NCBI GenBank assembly: GCA_965203295.1
Contig: CBDBCZ010000014.1
Coordinates: forward strand, 704,001 to 768,000
Direction of reading: 5' to 3'
Source of the DNA: Nitrospirales bacterium
GTDB lineage: Bacteria; Nitrospirota; Nitrospiria; Nitrospirales; UBA8639
Length of the DNA stretch: 64,000 nucleotides
In this document: one piece after another, positions 12,223 through 25,481 of the stretch
Layout: each line of letters begins with the position of its first letter
Position numbering within the stretch: position 1 is the stretch's first letter
Made by a program: the position numbers and the translations under genes
The notes under the pieces: generated by a model
What the model saw: only the letters and a program-made list of their open reading frames with translations
What the model was told of the DNA's origin: nothing
Database searches by the model: none

Positions 12223-14609
12223 CATATAGGGGCAGTACTGGCTGTACACACTGTACATACTAGCAAGTGTAATGGATATGCCCCCCATACTGTTTAGGCT
12301 AGCCAATGCACAATTTAGATATGTGGTATTGTAGATACAAAGCTGCCTTCACATCTACGTACATTTTGTATATCATATTCTGCACTAACTGCACTTACCT
12401 GTGCTAAACACTTGTAGTCTTTCAGCTGTAGGTGGATGCCTTCAAACACGAGAGGCTTAGGGCACTTGAGGCACACAAGCACCCTCGAACAGATCTATCA
12501 TGAAGTCATTCCGTTATATATCAGTAACTGCAGTGATGTATATACTGCAGAGCACAAGCTTAATTAGTGTGATAAAAGTACCTTAGGGTTCGAAATTACA
12601 TTGATTATTAACTGAAGATCAATGCACATATCTTAATGCAGCTAGAACTACTGTACTAGTTGTCTAATTAGGGTTCTATTCTACTAACATGTGATACACA
12701 TATGTACCTCTAACACTGCAAGAGCTGCGGTATGTGTACATCAACTGCACAGGTACACACTTGACAATGCTGTACACTGGGCTTCTATTAGGCACACCAT
12801 GTCTCAAATGTGGAACAGCAGCAACTCTTTGGTACTTTACACCATCTGCAGGACAGACAGAGAAGTAACATTTGCTAGTAATAGATGACAGTGGTCTAAG
12901 ACTAATGTTTCTTTGTACATACGTAGATTACTTAATATACCTGCACAGCAGTCAATCAACTGGAAGCTTTCTGCTTATACTGTACACAAAGTTGCCCTGT
13001 ACTAATGTACATCTAGCCTCGTTCCCAGGCCCTCACTTCATTTGGTTGCATGAAGGCTAGCTAATATACTTGTAAAAAGTTACTGGATTAATGGAGATAC
13101 TATCTAACTATAATATGTATTGGTGTATTGACCACATTTACAGTAGACAAAAGTCTAATTACATACCAATGCTTCTCACAGTTGGGTAAAGTCTTTCCTC
13201 CCATTTGTCTATGAAGACAACAGTATGCAGTGCCTTGTTGATCTGTAAAGCAGTCAGAAGTGGGTGCCAGTCGTTTCTCTTAGCCTTGTAGACCCGGCAA
13301 CTCAGCACTCCTTCCTTGGCTCCACTGCGGATACTGGCTATATGACACGTGTCCTCCAGGGCACACAGACTTTCATAGTAAGCTACGAAGTCTTCAGCTC
13401 CTCGCTGACGAATGCAAACAGCCTCCATCTAAGGATGAAATAGCAATTTCTGATATAGAGAAACTAGCTATACCGTACCAAGGACAAGCTGCTCTGAATA
13501 CAGTTAACTCCCTATAGCTACGTACTATATACATATATTTCTTCCTGGTAGGATTAGCTGCATTGTCTTGCAAGTGCATGTAAACCACTGATTCAAAGGA
13601 CTATGGATGATGTTCAAGCACCTATTTCACAACATATATGTGAATAAGGTGCTTTGCACACATTTTGCTAAACAATTGTGCCAAAACTTAAATGCAGCTG
13701 TTGCAAGTCTATACTAAAATGACAGTAGAAGAAATGGTGGGACTAATCTTTCATTCAATGCGATGATAAAGGGCCCATCAGAAGGTTATATAATATCCTT
13801 GCCTAAGTGCAAATGTGACAGATAAACGGAATGCTGTCCAAGTCCTCCATCAAACAACTTCAGTGATATACTCCATGAATTTGTGTGCACATGTGGTAAT
13901 AGGTAAACAGAAAGATCTCTGCATTGCAATTATAATCACAGGAAAATTGGTGTGGCTAGGTACATTCCCACTGAAGACTGAATATTTTTCTTCTTACTGA
14001 GCAGATCATTAGCCTCATCCCCTGCATGCACGAAACATTATACGGGCAGGCCTGGGAAAGAGGCTAGCAGTGTATCAAAGGTATATAAGGGTCACCAACA
14101 CCTTCAGGTGCTGGGAGCAGTAAGTGTAGTGTCTGGAGACACTGGCCATAGAGCTGCATATGGGACACGAGTTCAAATCCTGGTTCAGCAAAAACCCAAT
14201 GAAGGTTTGGAGTAGCTATGGTACAGGGCTGGGTGTTTCCCTCTTGCTGTGGAAACTGGTACATGTACGTACGCCATATCAGCTTCCCACAGTGTTTCAG
14301 ATACCATCATTTTTACAACCCAATTTGGTATCTTTCACGGCTGATCCAGCATTCCAGTACACTACTTAAATGCTGCAGCTACAAGTATAGGCAAATCAGG
14401 ATTCTAGAGGTCTGGCACACAAAGAAAATTAGGATTGTTGCCACGATAATATATAGAATCTGTAGGTGAAGGCTACAGAGGTTTGCAAGTTGGTTGTCAA
14501 CAGGAGAAGGCAAATAGCCAGTGGCTCTCAAGTATTTAATTAGGTTAGGCTGTCAGAATCAAAGGCTAACAGTTTACACAGTTTCTGCTGTAACTTTCAT
14601 TTGCCTACT

Positions 14610-17420
14610 GCACAACTCATGTTGCTGCCGTAGCGCTTACGCCATTGACCATGCACCCACATACGCAGGCGGAGCTTGAAAGATCTCCAGTCAGAGGACA
14701 AAAGCAAGACCCTCCAGTTGTCTCGCCATTACCATCCTGATCGCCATATAATCTATTCTTCCTAGTATCCCAGATTAATAAAATAAAACTCTAAACTAGC
14801 CTTAATAAAGCCCTAAGTCTTTCCCAATTCTCACACCCTAAAACAAAGCCCGTCCTCTCGAAATTATTGAGTGCACTAAACTCTTCAAAACTTCCACCCA
14901 TTGCAACAGTTTGTCCAAATCTTCCATGAAAGTACTTCTAATAGTATCATACGCAGGACACTCCCAGAGCACATGTACTACACTCTCACATTCATCCCCG
15001 CATACGTAACTTACACTGCCTATCATCATTTTTACCCCGATGTCTTCCTAACTCTTCATTCAGACCATTAGTACTAGATTAAACATCAATCGTGTTCCTG
15101 GATCCCCAACCCCCTGCAAGTAATTTTTAAATTCTATTCCTTACAAAAAGACTTGTAAAGTCTATTAAGTTTAATTTTATTATTTAAGCCATCATTAAAA
15201 TCTTTATATTCTCTGCATCTCAATGCTTTATCTACTCTCTCTATAAACAAGTTTACATTATAATTTTTAGCTATTATTTCCTGACTGTCTAGATTTAACT
15301 ACAGCGACAATTCACTATTACTTTCCTCCGAGTCTTCCTCTGCCTACCCCTGCACGGCTTCACCTCCCACTCACTGTCTAGTAGTAGTCTAGGATATCTC
15401 TCAGCATTCAAATTATTGACTTTATACCACCCCTTAAGTTTGCATCTATCCCTCTTGCCTTTCAAGATTCTAACCCCATATCCTCCCTTACTGCTTCATT
15501 ACACGTTTTAGAAGAGCAGCCAAGCATCTTTTTAGCTGCTCCTAGCTGAATAGATTCCAAGGAAGCTGTCTGCCTTTTATTACAAGCCCACACTTCACTA
15601 TCATATTCTAAAGTAGGGCGAAGTACCGAAACTAACAATAATTATCCTTCTTGCAACTGTACTGATATTCCTATTACTTAAAAACCTATAAAATTAATTC
15701 GGTTTTTTCTTTCCTTTATTCATTACTTTCTGTACATGACTATCCCATGAATCATTCTTAGCAAATTTAATACACACACTTGTATTAACCTGTTTACTCT
15801 TTTTTATGTTAGATTTCAACCTCTATTTATTACAAAACCCCTGCACTATATTAATTAAGGTTTGTAAGTCCTCAGCATTAGTAGTTAAGCCTACAAAATC
15901 ATCAGCAAACATCAGACCCCCAACCTTAACATCCTTTTTAACAGTAATGCCAATCCCAGCCTTCTCAACCTCATCTAACAACTGATTAATAAAAACGGAA
16001 AAGAGGATAAATGACACACTACAATCCTGTGCCACCCCGACCTATATTGAATGGCTCAGATACTTCTCCCTCCAGTAAAACAGCACTCTGTTAATAACTC
16101 TCCACATCCTACCCCAAACCCAAAGTTCCCATAACTTATACCATAAACCATGATGCCAAACTGTGTCAAATGCTTTCCGAACATCTAAGAAACAGGCGTA
16201 AGTGTGCTTTCCTTCCCTCATTCTACCTTGTACAATTTTTAGAGTAAAGATGTTATCAACACAACTCCTTTTCTCTCTAAATCCTGCCTGACCCTCATGA
16301 AGAGCCCTTTCTGCTTCTAATCTGCTTACTAAGCGATTATTTAGAATCTTACTAAACACCTTTCCTACCACGTTCAATAGTGTAATGCCCCTGTAATTAC
16401 CTGGGTCCTCTTTCTTATACAATCTAACAATTAACCCTTGTCTCCATTGTTTAGGAATACTCTCCTCTGTCCAAACTACCCCATACAAGACTTCCAACAG
16501 ATTAGCCATCCCTTTGCCACCGTACTTGAAAAGCTCCCCAACTAGCCCATCATTACCTCCTGTTTTATCATCAAACTGATCATCCACAGATGCTGTACCC
16601 AACCTTTCATAATGCTCACGTAATACTTCCAACTTTCCTTTAGTACTGGTTACACATGAACCTAAAGTACTCCCCAAAGAAGCAATACCCTTACGACTAC
16701 CTTTTGAAGTACTGCCAACAAATGCCCAGAACTCTTTCCTGTTTGCATAAAAATCTTTATTAGCCTTTTCAATCACCTCATTCCAACTATCTAATTTTTT
16801 TCTTACATACCAATTCCTTGATTTCTGACCGTAATTTGTAATACTCCCCCCATTTCTCTTCCCTGCCACTGCTAATCTCCTTATAAACCTGTCTCCTCAA
16901 CCTAATCTTCTCTTTAATCTCAGCATCTCACCACCTCGCTGCTTTGCCACACACTATCACCTTTTCCCCAATTTCTTTTGATGCTACCCTCTTGACTGTC
17001 TCTTCCCAACCCTGAACCACTGCCTTCACTAATTCTGATCCCCTCAACCCCAGTCTTCCATTGACGTACCCTTCCTTTAAACCCATCTACTTCTACACTT
17101 AAGGCTTCCTGATACTTCTGTCGCACTTCCTCGTCCTGAAACCGTTCAATGCGCCATTTCTTAATCACCCGCTTCTGTTGTTTAGTGGTTTTTACAGTTG
17201 TCCTACCCAATTCCATCCATACCAGAAAGTGATCCGATTTTCCTATATCCACTGTGTCTAACTGCACACTCCCTGAAACCTGCAACAAGTTGGAATCAGT
17301 AACTATATAATCAATGATAGACTTTTGCTCCAGAGAAGGTCTAGCTCTAGTCCACTGTGGTTCCACAGTGAACTCGCGGCCTTTACAGACTACTATCTCA
17401 ACCTCATTTAAAAAGGAAAT
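14610..17420 (-). mobile_element. Decayed non-LTR retrotransposon (LINE), APE endonuclease end plus reverse transcriptase, 5' truncated
   Basis: APE motifs SIIDYIV and KSDHFLV; RT motifs PGNYRGITLL, QAGFR, LDVRKAFDTV, LMFADD; C-terminal Cys/His motif ESVVHVLWECP. Multiple frameshifts and an internal deletion near 16565. Confidence 0.9.
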
Positions 17421-18223
17421 TATTGCACTGGACAACCAACCTGCAAACCTCTGTACAGCAACATGTGGACACAGAAGAAACATCTCTTCTCCATCAGCAG
17501 CCAACATGCAAGAAAACAAGTTTAAACAACCAATCTCATCTGCATAATAATACAAGACCTTCACAGTTATTGTAGGGGCTAGAATTACTACTGCGTGTGT
17601 CTGATCACACAACACTATCAACAATTCCTGCTGAGGAGGCATCATCATTCACGCAAAGTACAGTTTCCCTTATTGGCAGAGCCACATCCACGCATGCAAT
17701 ACGGCCGTGGCAAATCACCGCAATGAAGCCATGTGGTAGCTCTGTTCGCAGTAGCAAGACCGCTCTAAAGTCAGTAGGCATTGTGTGCCAGAGTGCACTC
17801 CTACCTGAGTGAATCAGGCAAACAAGCCAATCATTTTGTAATGATGACCAGCCTTTGTACTCTCTTAACACTATAAGTGTCTTTGGCTATCCTGGTATTT
17901 TGCTCTAGGTGTATATGCCATTGTGGAGTAATTTATTGAGTCATACAAGTTTCATTTGTAAAGGTTTACAGTTGCTGATGCTAATAATTTTCCTTATGGA
18001 CACCCTAAAGCTCCCCTACTGCACTCACCAAACATGCAGCACGTGCAGTCAGTCAAGAAAGCCACACCTCGCGATCGTCGCAGTTGCCTGCATTGCAGCA
18101 GTCTGGGGCCCATTGTGTGCGCTCTTCCTTGTCTCACTAGGCAGTTTTTTTAGTAGTTTGGCCCTAATGGCTTCCTGTAGGCTGTGCTACCTGATTATCT
18201 TATTAGCCAACAGTGACGAATGG

Positions 18224-19657
18224 TGTAGTGCGGTGGTTAGTGGAAAAGCGCCGTTAGTGGAAACGCAACATAATTGTGTGGGTGGAGGCTGGCGCGCGAT
18301 CGCTCTTTTATTATTAAATTTTTATCTCTTATGGGTACAGCTTGCGACCACGTGGAGAAGATCCACCGGCGAGTACTATATGGTCTCGACGAGACTAGGC
18401 AGTACAGTGATGCAGCGGTTGCCAAAACTGGAACAAGTAAGTATAAATCTTGCATGGACTTCTACAGCTACTTATCAAAATTATCAGAGGTCTCTTTGGT
18501 TTTCCGCTCGGTCTGGAAACAAGACAATAGGCTAGCTAGCAAAATATTTACTAAGCTGGCTTGGGTGTTGATTTTTGTGGTGCTAGTGTATAGAAGTAGA
18601 TGACACTACCAAGGGCCCAGTACATCCCAGTCCTCGTGGGTGCAAGGAGCAACATTTTAAACTAGATGCTCTGTGGTAGGCAGCAGAATGCTGCAATGTT
18701 TTTCGCCGTTACATTCAATGTCCTTTCTTCATAGGCTGAATGGGGGAAAAGTGCACTTTGTTTTAATTTGACCTCCTGTGGAGAAGCTGCATGAAAATTA
18801 GATGTAGAACGCAGTTGGCGGCATGCATGTCTTGGTCGCAAGGTTTTAATGGAGAGTGGGATAGAATGTATTATTATGGACTTCAACTCAAACTCAACTC
18901 TGTACAGCAAATATGCATGTGCCTTACAAAAACAGAGTGGTCATGGAACGTTCTAGAATACCGTAAACTCTGGTTGTTAGGCGCACCTCGCTATTAGGCG
19001 CATGATATTTATTAAGCGCATGCTTCCTTCCCGGTCGTGGGTATTATTTGTTTAGCGCATGCTAAGAAATGCCAAAACACTCTAGAGAACTCTCTAGGTA
19101 TATACATGCTCGACTACGCTTCCGCATACATTCAGCAAAGCAACAGCGCGTCTGTCAGTGAGCTAGCGTTTCCGGCTTCTTGGTTAACCAGAAGAATTTC
19201 GCCAAGTCGTGGAGTCCATATCTCCTTGAAGACATGATGGCCATGGATTACACTTTCTTGGAGGAGGATGAAGTCTTCGAATACTTCGCCAATACTCACC
19301 ATCTCGCTACTCTCAGCTTTTTAAAACACGACTACGAAAATAGCTGTATCTGCACGCATCTTGCATTGTCACGTGTTGGGCGTGGCTGCAATAATTGCAC
19401 CCTTATTAGCGCACATCCTCTATTAGGCGCACGGTTGCTTACAACCTAGAGTCATAAGCGCATGCGCTTATTAACCAGAGTTTACGGTATACATGTACAT
19501 GCGAGTAGAGAGCTGGTGTTAAGGCATACAGAAAAGTGAATGGACTGAATGGAAGTGTGCATGAAGTCAGTGGAGACAGTCAGCTGTAGAATTTTAATTC
19601 GCATGAATTATTGTGCGTTTGCACTAACGGCGCTTTTCCACTAACTACCGCACTACA
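18224..19657. mobile_element. TGT...ACA terminal-inverted-repeat element (Ginger-like, non-autonomous)
   Basis: About 36-bp TIRs TGTAGTGCGGT(G/A)GTTAGTGGAAAAGCGCCGTTAGTG; 5-bp TSD AATGG on both sides. Confidence 0.75.
18961..19487. mobile_element. pogo-like MITE nested in the TGT...ACA element
   Basis: TIRs CCGTAAACTCTGGTT...AACCAGAGTTTACGG, TA TSD; same family style as 4350-4984. Confidence 0.8.
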
Positions 19658-20023
19658 AATGGCACCCCATATACCATTTGGTATCCACTTGATAGCATGA
19701 AAGACTTTGTCAAAGAGGCCAACTCCAAAAGTTGAATTATACTATGTTGTAGATTTGTGCTAATGTATATGATTGTGTTTGGTTCTATACAGCAACGGTA
19801 AAAAGCAGATACTTCATATGGAGGGACAATTCCCTATACCACTCAATGTTCTGAAGAAGTATCAGCATCCTCTAGAGTACAAGTATGCTGTATAGATCTC
19901 CGCATATGACAAGCCCAGAGGACTGTTACGAGATACTTCCAGGAGCATCAGATTTGACGAATCGTTTGCTCATAATTCGTAACCCCAAAAATGAAGATAT
20001 GTTAACTTGGTTATAAGTTTAAG

Positions 20024-20730
20024 TATAGGATAGATCACTGCGTAGCGGGGTGTATGACCCGTTATCTACCGCGGGAAAAGTTATCTCCCGCGGAAGCCAA
20101 GGAAGTTCCGAGGGCGAAGCCCGAGGTACTTTCGAGGCTTCCAAGGGAGATAACTTTTCCCAAGGTAGGTAACGGGTCATACAACCCGCTACGCAGTGAT
20201 CTATCTATTTTGTACTAAAAAGAGTTGGTAGATCTGTAAGAAAAGCTAGAAGCTTGAAAGGCTGCACCGTTCGGCACGACAGAGCAAGCGGGCCAACTAG
20301 CATCAAGACTCGATTGACGGAGTAGAAGACTAAGCTACAGCAAGGAAAACATTCCCAGAAACTGTAGCAAGACTGAACAAGAGCTAGGAACCATAGTAAG
20401 TAACCATCCAGCCTAGTGCCATTTGACACAAAACGGAAAGCTGGCAGCGTTATCACACGCACAAAAACACAGAATCTCAGCAAAACTAGAAAACAGTAGC
20501 TTACCGTACTTTTCCATATCACTTTCCAACGATTTATGAGTAAAATAGCTGCCATACAATCTGCCTAGGCTCCCCCAGCCACCAGCTACTGTAGCTTTCT
20601 CACCGTTTGAACGACTGGAACGGAACCGGGTACCGTTTCACGTAGGCAATCGGGGTATATTTTTTCCCGCGGTAGAATATGACCCGTTATCTACGCGAAA
20701 TGCTGAAATCTGATTGGTTAGAATGACTTA
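20024..20730 (+). mobile_element. Non-autonomous element with an about 177-bp terminal hairpin (20029-20205)
   Basis: Long inverted repeat centred on CCGAGGGCGAAGCCCGAGG; homologous to 63111-63843 in the opposite orientation. Confidence 0.65.
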
Positions 20731-23002
20731 GGTATAGTATAATGAGTACATAATGCCCATTATGTTCAATACTTAGTACAGTCTTGTTCTCCAACTAATA
20801 TGCCAAATTAGGACTTGAACAGGCCACATGTAGCAGTGACTTATTCTGTATGCCATTATGGGCCATCTGGGCTGCTACAAACACGAAACTACGTAGTTTG
20901 TTGCACATTATGTAGTGGTCAGGCGTGGGCTGGCCCACAAGACTAAATGTGTATAGGGACAGTACTAGTCTGACTAAGTTGAGTTGAGCAGGAACAGGAC
21001 TAGCCACCGACACAGACTATTTGCCAATGTTGTTTTTATGAAGCTACAAGAACCAGTAACAGACAAAGAGGTTATTGACTACAGAGCATGAAAGAGAGGG
21101 GGGGTATAATGAGTTTTGCATGTTCGTTGCCCACTGCAATAGTCAAATAGGAATCTTTGCTCTGCATGGAGACATTTCAATGAGTCATAAAAGTGCTATT
21201 TAATCTATCACATGCTAGGAAAGTAACGTTGCTTTCTGTGCAGTTGTTGCATTGCATTGATGAGTTCATGTGGAGAAAAGTTTTTAACATATTAAATATG
21301 TTAAAAGCTTTTTCTATTATAATTTTTATGTATTTCTATCTTTGTTTCTGTGTTTTATTAAAATAGGTATTTGAAGGAATAATTCTGAATCTATACCAAC
21401 TCTCTGTAGGTGTCTATCATCAATATGATGTGATTTGTCTGCCACACCAAGCGAAAGTGGGACTTGTATGGAAAATGTTCGGATATGCACTGAGCACATC
21501 ATTCAACAGGCTCTTATAATTGCTCTGGAAACCTACCTACTCCCACTGCAAAGAGATTTCACAAGTTTACGTGTGAAAGCAATTGATTTATCAACAAGAG
21601 CAAGGAACATTTTGGAGTGTCGGAAAACATTTAGTCTCATTATTTCTTCACTGGTTAGTCCAATGTATGAACAACGTTTAATGATGGCCAGGCATAACAC
21701 TGTCATTTATGTAAGTAGGTTCAGTGTTTGATTTAAAGAATTTAGTGTTAGATAATTAGTGACAACGTGAGGGTGTGAAGGAGAGCTACATATGACGTGG
21801 TGTCATACCTAAAGGTAACTTACGATGTTCTGGAAGACCAAGTGTGAATAGAATGTGTATTGAACAGAGTCTGTTATGTCATACTTACAAGTTTTCCCTT
21901 GAATTCTTTACCAAATCTGCTGGCATCTGAGGGATCTGAAACATATTTCACTTATTATAACAATGTAGTGTACACTTCCAACAAGGGATGTAGAAATCAT
22001 ACAACTGGAAATTTTGCAAGCCACGCATCTTAAATTATTAATATAGATTACCCTTGATTATCCTTGTAGCAGCTGTTTTCTGCTAAAACATTCCTTTGTG
22101 CACCTTTCTTGATAATTAAAGAGATCTCTACCGTGCTAAAATTAACGCCATTGTCCCCATGTAGGATGCATTCAATTGGATTGAGCGAATAGCAGAGCAA
22201 CTGGCTAAACAAGACTGTGAAAGTCAGGAACTGCATCTTGGAAGATTTTGTTCTGCTGTCACTCTTGTATACCTTGTTGACTACCTTCATATGATCTTGA
22301 AAGTGGATTACAACATGAAGAATCCACGGAAATGTTTTCAATACCTTCTCAAGATGATGAAACCACTACCAGATGATAAAAAATCTACTTGTCTGGAATT
22401 TCCCTTAATGGAAGAGGAATCCATTTCAAATATGAGGTACAGTTACCCCCTATGACTACAGTATTGCATCAATGTGTTCATAACAATTTTTTTGCTAGGG
22501 GTATGCTTGAAAACGGAAGATGATTTCTGTACTCCTGGAAACAAATATTGAATGGCTGAACGCAATACCATTTTTGCACTTCCTAAGAGGAGACATCATT
22601 CCATTCCAGTATGCTGATCAAAGTGAACCTAGTGGAACCAACTGGGAGAAAGCATTTACTGGGCTTGATCATGATAGAATATCAAGAACTCAAAAGTAAG
22701 AAAAATATTACGTACAGCACTTTACTTCTATAATACCATTATTCTACATTCTGTGGTTTATGACTGCGTTAGGTATAAGTTGTACTTTTTACTTGCTATA
22801 TAAATAACTAAAAGCACTGCATTCCTCTCTTGTAGTGGCACTGTTTTGGGATATCATGTTGAAATTCCTTGCAAATATGTAGTCAGTGCATTGGAGTGAC
22901 CATCAAGCGCTCTAAACAACTACTTCGTTATTAATTAGCCTGTGTTTACGGTTTTGCTTTTGTAGAGGTGTTCTCTAAGCTCTGCTTATAAGTGTGATTG
23001 AA

Positions 23003-23063
23003 GTATTGTGTACTTCAATATGTATGTTGAACTATTCAACATACATATTGAAGTACACAATAC
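23003..23063. repeat. Perfect 61-bp palindrome (29-bp arms, 3-nt loop)
   Basis: gtattgtgtacttcaatatgtatgttgaa-cta-ttcaacatacatattgaagtacacaatac. Confidence 0.85.
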
Positions 23064-24832
23064 AACTCCATGAGGCAGCACCATACGTTTAGAAATTATA
23101 ATATTAGATGGTGAAATCTTTTAGGCATTCTTGACATGTCGTACACATTCATCTGAAAATGTTAATAAGTTTTTCGTGTGAGATAATTATGCCTATTCTA
23201 CCAATAGGTGAAATATTTACAGAACTATGTTAATGAGCTAATTGAAGCTGTGGACTTCTTTGGCACTCCAGCAAGTTTTGGATCGTAAGTGCTGAATTTG
23301 CTGCAATTAGACTAAAATTCTGGCACTAAAATAGCAAACATCTTGCCTTATGGCTAACTGGAGTATTGGATATTCTTTCAACATTTTGTTCTTCAGAACT
23401 AACTCATCGCTTGCTAGTTTGCAGTTGTATTAAACTTTTGCTGAACAGTACTAGTCTCAATATTGTGATGATGTTAGCAGACTTTGATGGAAGGAAAGAA
23501 GTACTTATGGGTTCTCTTGAAATAGAACTTGAAAATTGGATGAAGATGGAGTATGTCACAGACTGTAGGATGGAATCTTCAATATTCAGTATTTATCTGG
23601 AGGCTTCCTAACTCACTAGAATACCTAATCTCGCTGATATGTTGGAAGCCTGTTTTTAGATGTTAACTGTGATAGCTTTCGAGATATTTTACTGCCACAG
23701 AGCTGCTTACCTGATACAGTAACCTGCTCCAATTGCTCAAACTGTGACAGTAGTGTGCTAGTATGCTTAGTAGTTTCATAGCACTATACTGAAGGCTGTA
23801 TAGTACCATACATTGGAATGGCATTATGAAGGGTCAGTATCTCAAGCATGCATAGGCTTTGAGTATAATCTCCTCAGAGAGCTAGCTAGTAGTAACAACG
23901 GCTGCATGCCCATGTTTTATGGCTAAACAAGCTGTATTTTATATGTTGAATGATCCTAGAACTAAGCACTATATAGCTATTCCGCAGATTATCTTGCTTG
24001 AAGGATTTAGTTTCTTCAGTTACTTGAAATCATTGGTGTCAGTTGTTTTAATACACCATTGTTATATTTTTGGTTATTTTCAACAGATATGGACACTTTT
24101 TTCTGGATATAGACTGTCCTGCATCACTTAGAGAATCCTTTGAAAGGTGTATTACTGCAGTATTTACCACACGGATAGCTGAGATGGAGTTGCAGAGAAG
24201 ACTAAGCTATCTGGAAAGCAGAAAAAGCAGGTTACCCCCAAAACTGATGGATGTCTTTACAGCTTCTCTGTTACAATCTATAGTGGATGGAGAGTTTAAG
24301 GTAGTTACAAGTACCCTTGGTAGTTGCAAATACTGATTTTTTACTTGAAACTATCTTTAAATTTACTAGGAGCATGATTTAGAAGGTGGTGTCGATTTAT
24401 TTCGCTCTGAATCGCCAAGAGTTGCAAGTGTTCTAAGTGCTTTCTTGCAGCATCAGTATCCCGATCCTGATACAATAACCCTCGATTGCATTTTCAAGTG
24501 GAAGTTTTGGCTGCAGTACCTACAGCTATTTGGTATGTATGTTATGATTGTAATGTTTAGTGCTAAAAAATTTGCCATAGATGGATGGTACATATATGCA
24601 TGTATTAAAAAAAGAGACAGTGAAATGTACAAGCTTTGGAAGGTGAAATTTTTTGTTTTGGTATTGAGGCAGAAGCATGTTTTTGGGTCTGAAGCTTTAA
24701 AAAATAATTTTCGGCACTGTCAAATTCACCAGCTTTTCCTAGAGGTGAAAACTTTACCAGCATAATTGTTTTTCCATTGATGAAATCATGCAACACATTT
24801 CACTGAGCTTATGGTATAAACAAAACAGTATG

Positions 24833-25481
24833 CCTGCTGTACTTTATTGCCGAGCGCCTTAGCACGAGGCAAGTAATCGTGTATCGCATTCGGCTTGCGT
24901 TTGTATGTATGTATATCCGTCACGCTTGGGCGTGGTTTCTGTCGTCTGGTCCGGTCCCCAGATCCCCATACTGCGGCTTTTCCAGGCCACGGCCACGTGC
25001 TTACGTAGCCTCTTCGCTGCGTTCGATGGAGCTTTAATAGATATGGAGGAATCCAAGCGTGATCGCGCTAGAGCGCAAAAGCAAAAGCAAAGAGCCGCTG
25101 CTTCAGAAGACACGCAGGCAAAGGAGAGAGAAGACGACAGGTTGCGAAAGATACGATGTCTGCAGGGAGAAGGGAGCGGTGCCAGGTAAGACCACTTCAT
25201 GTATTTTGGCGCTAGAAGACCTCACTGACATCCTCGAACTCGTGAAAAGGACAAGGACGCTTCGCCATCATCACACACGCCACAGCAACTAGCTATACAG
25301 CAAGCTACACGTGGTTACAACAAAAAATCGACTTGCATATCTCCGGATATTCTTCCGCGCGAGGCATACTCTGCGCATGCGTATTCCTAGTTATGATGTG
25401 GCATTCCATTTGTTCTACAGCAATCAGGGCTGAGGTGACTCGACGAGATGTGACCATACTGCCAACTCTAAGTACAGCAGG
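24833..25481. mobile_element. Short-TIR non-autonomous DNA transposon
   Basis: TIR CCTGCTGTACTT / AAGTACAGCAGG with TG on both flanks; GC/CpG-rich interior carrying a short charged ORF remnant (MEESKRDRARAQKQKQR). Confidence 0.5.

Larger units (their letters stand above)
9587..13428 (-). pseudogene. CEP78: CEP78-like centrosomal LRR protein, multi-exon, disrupted
   Basis: Exon 13428-13167 (MEAVCIRQRGAEDFVAYYESLCAL..EGVL..DWHPLLTALQINK) parallels the CEP78 N-terminus. Further exons encode GLLKTSSLVHLSL (11200-11128), SLEWLDLTACSL (about 10810-10707), PGLHRVTLNLNVDIGDKGAQDFAEALRDD (10141-9980) and AIDIQSCGVT..LEVLKVNTCLIVLDLRANPL (9700-9587). There is a frameshifting deletion near 10110 and an in-frame stop or frameshift in the about 12400-12525 exon. 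Stop-containing exon-like stretches at about 8200-9250 may continue the gene. Confidence 0.85.
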
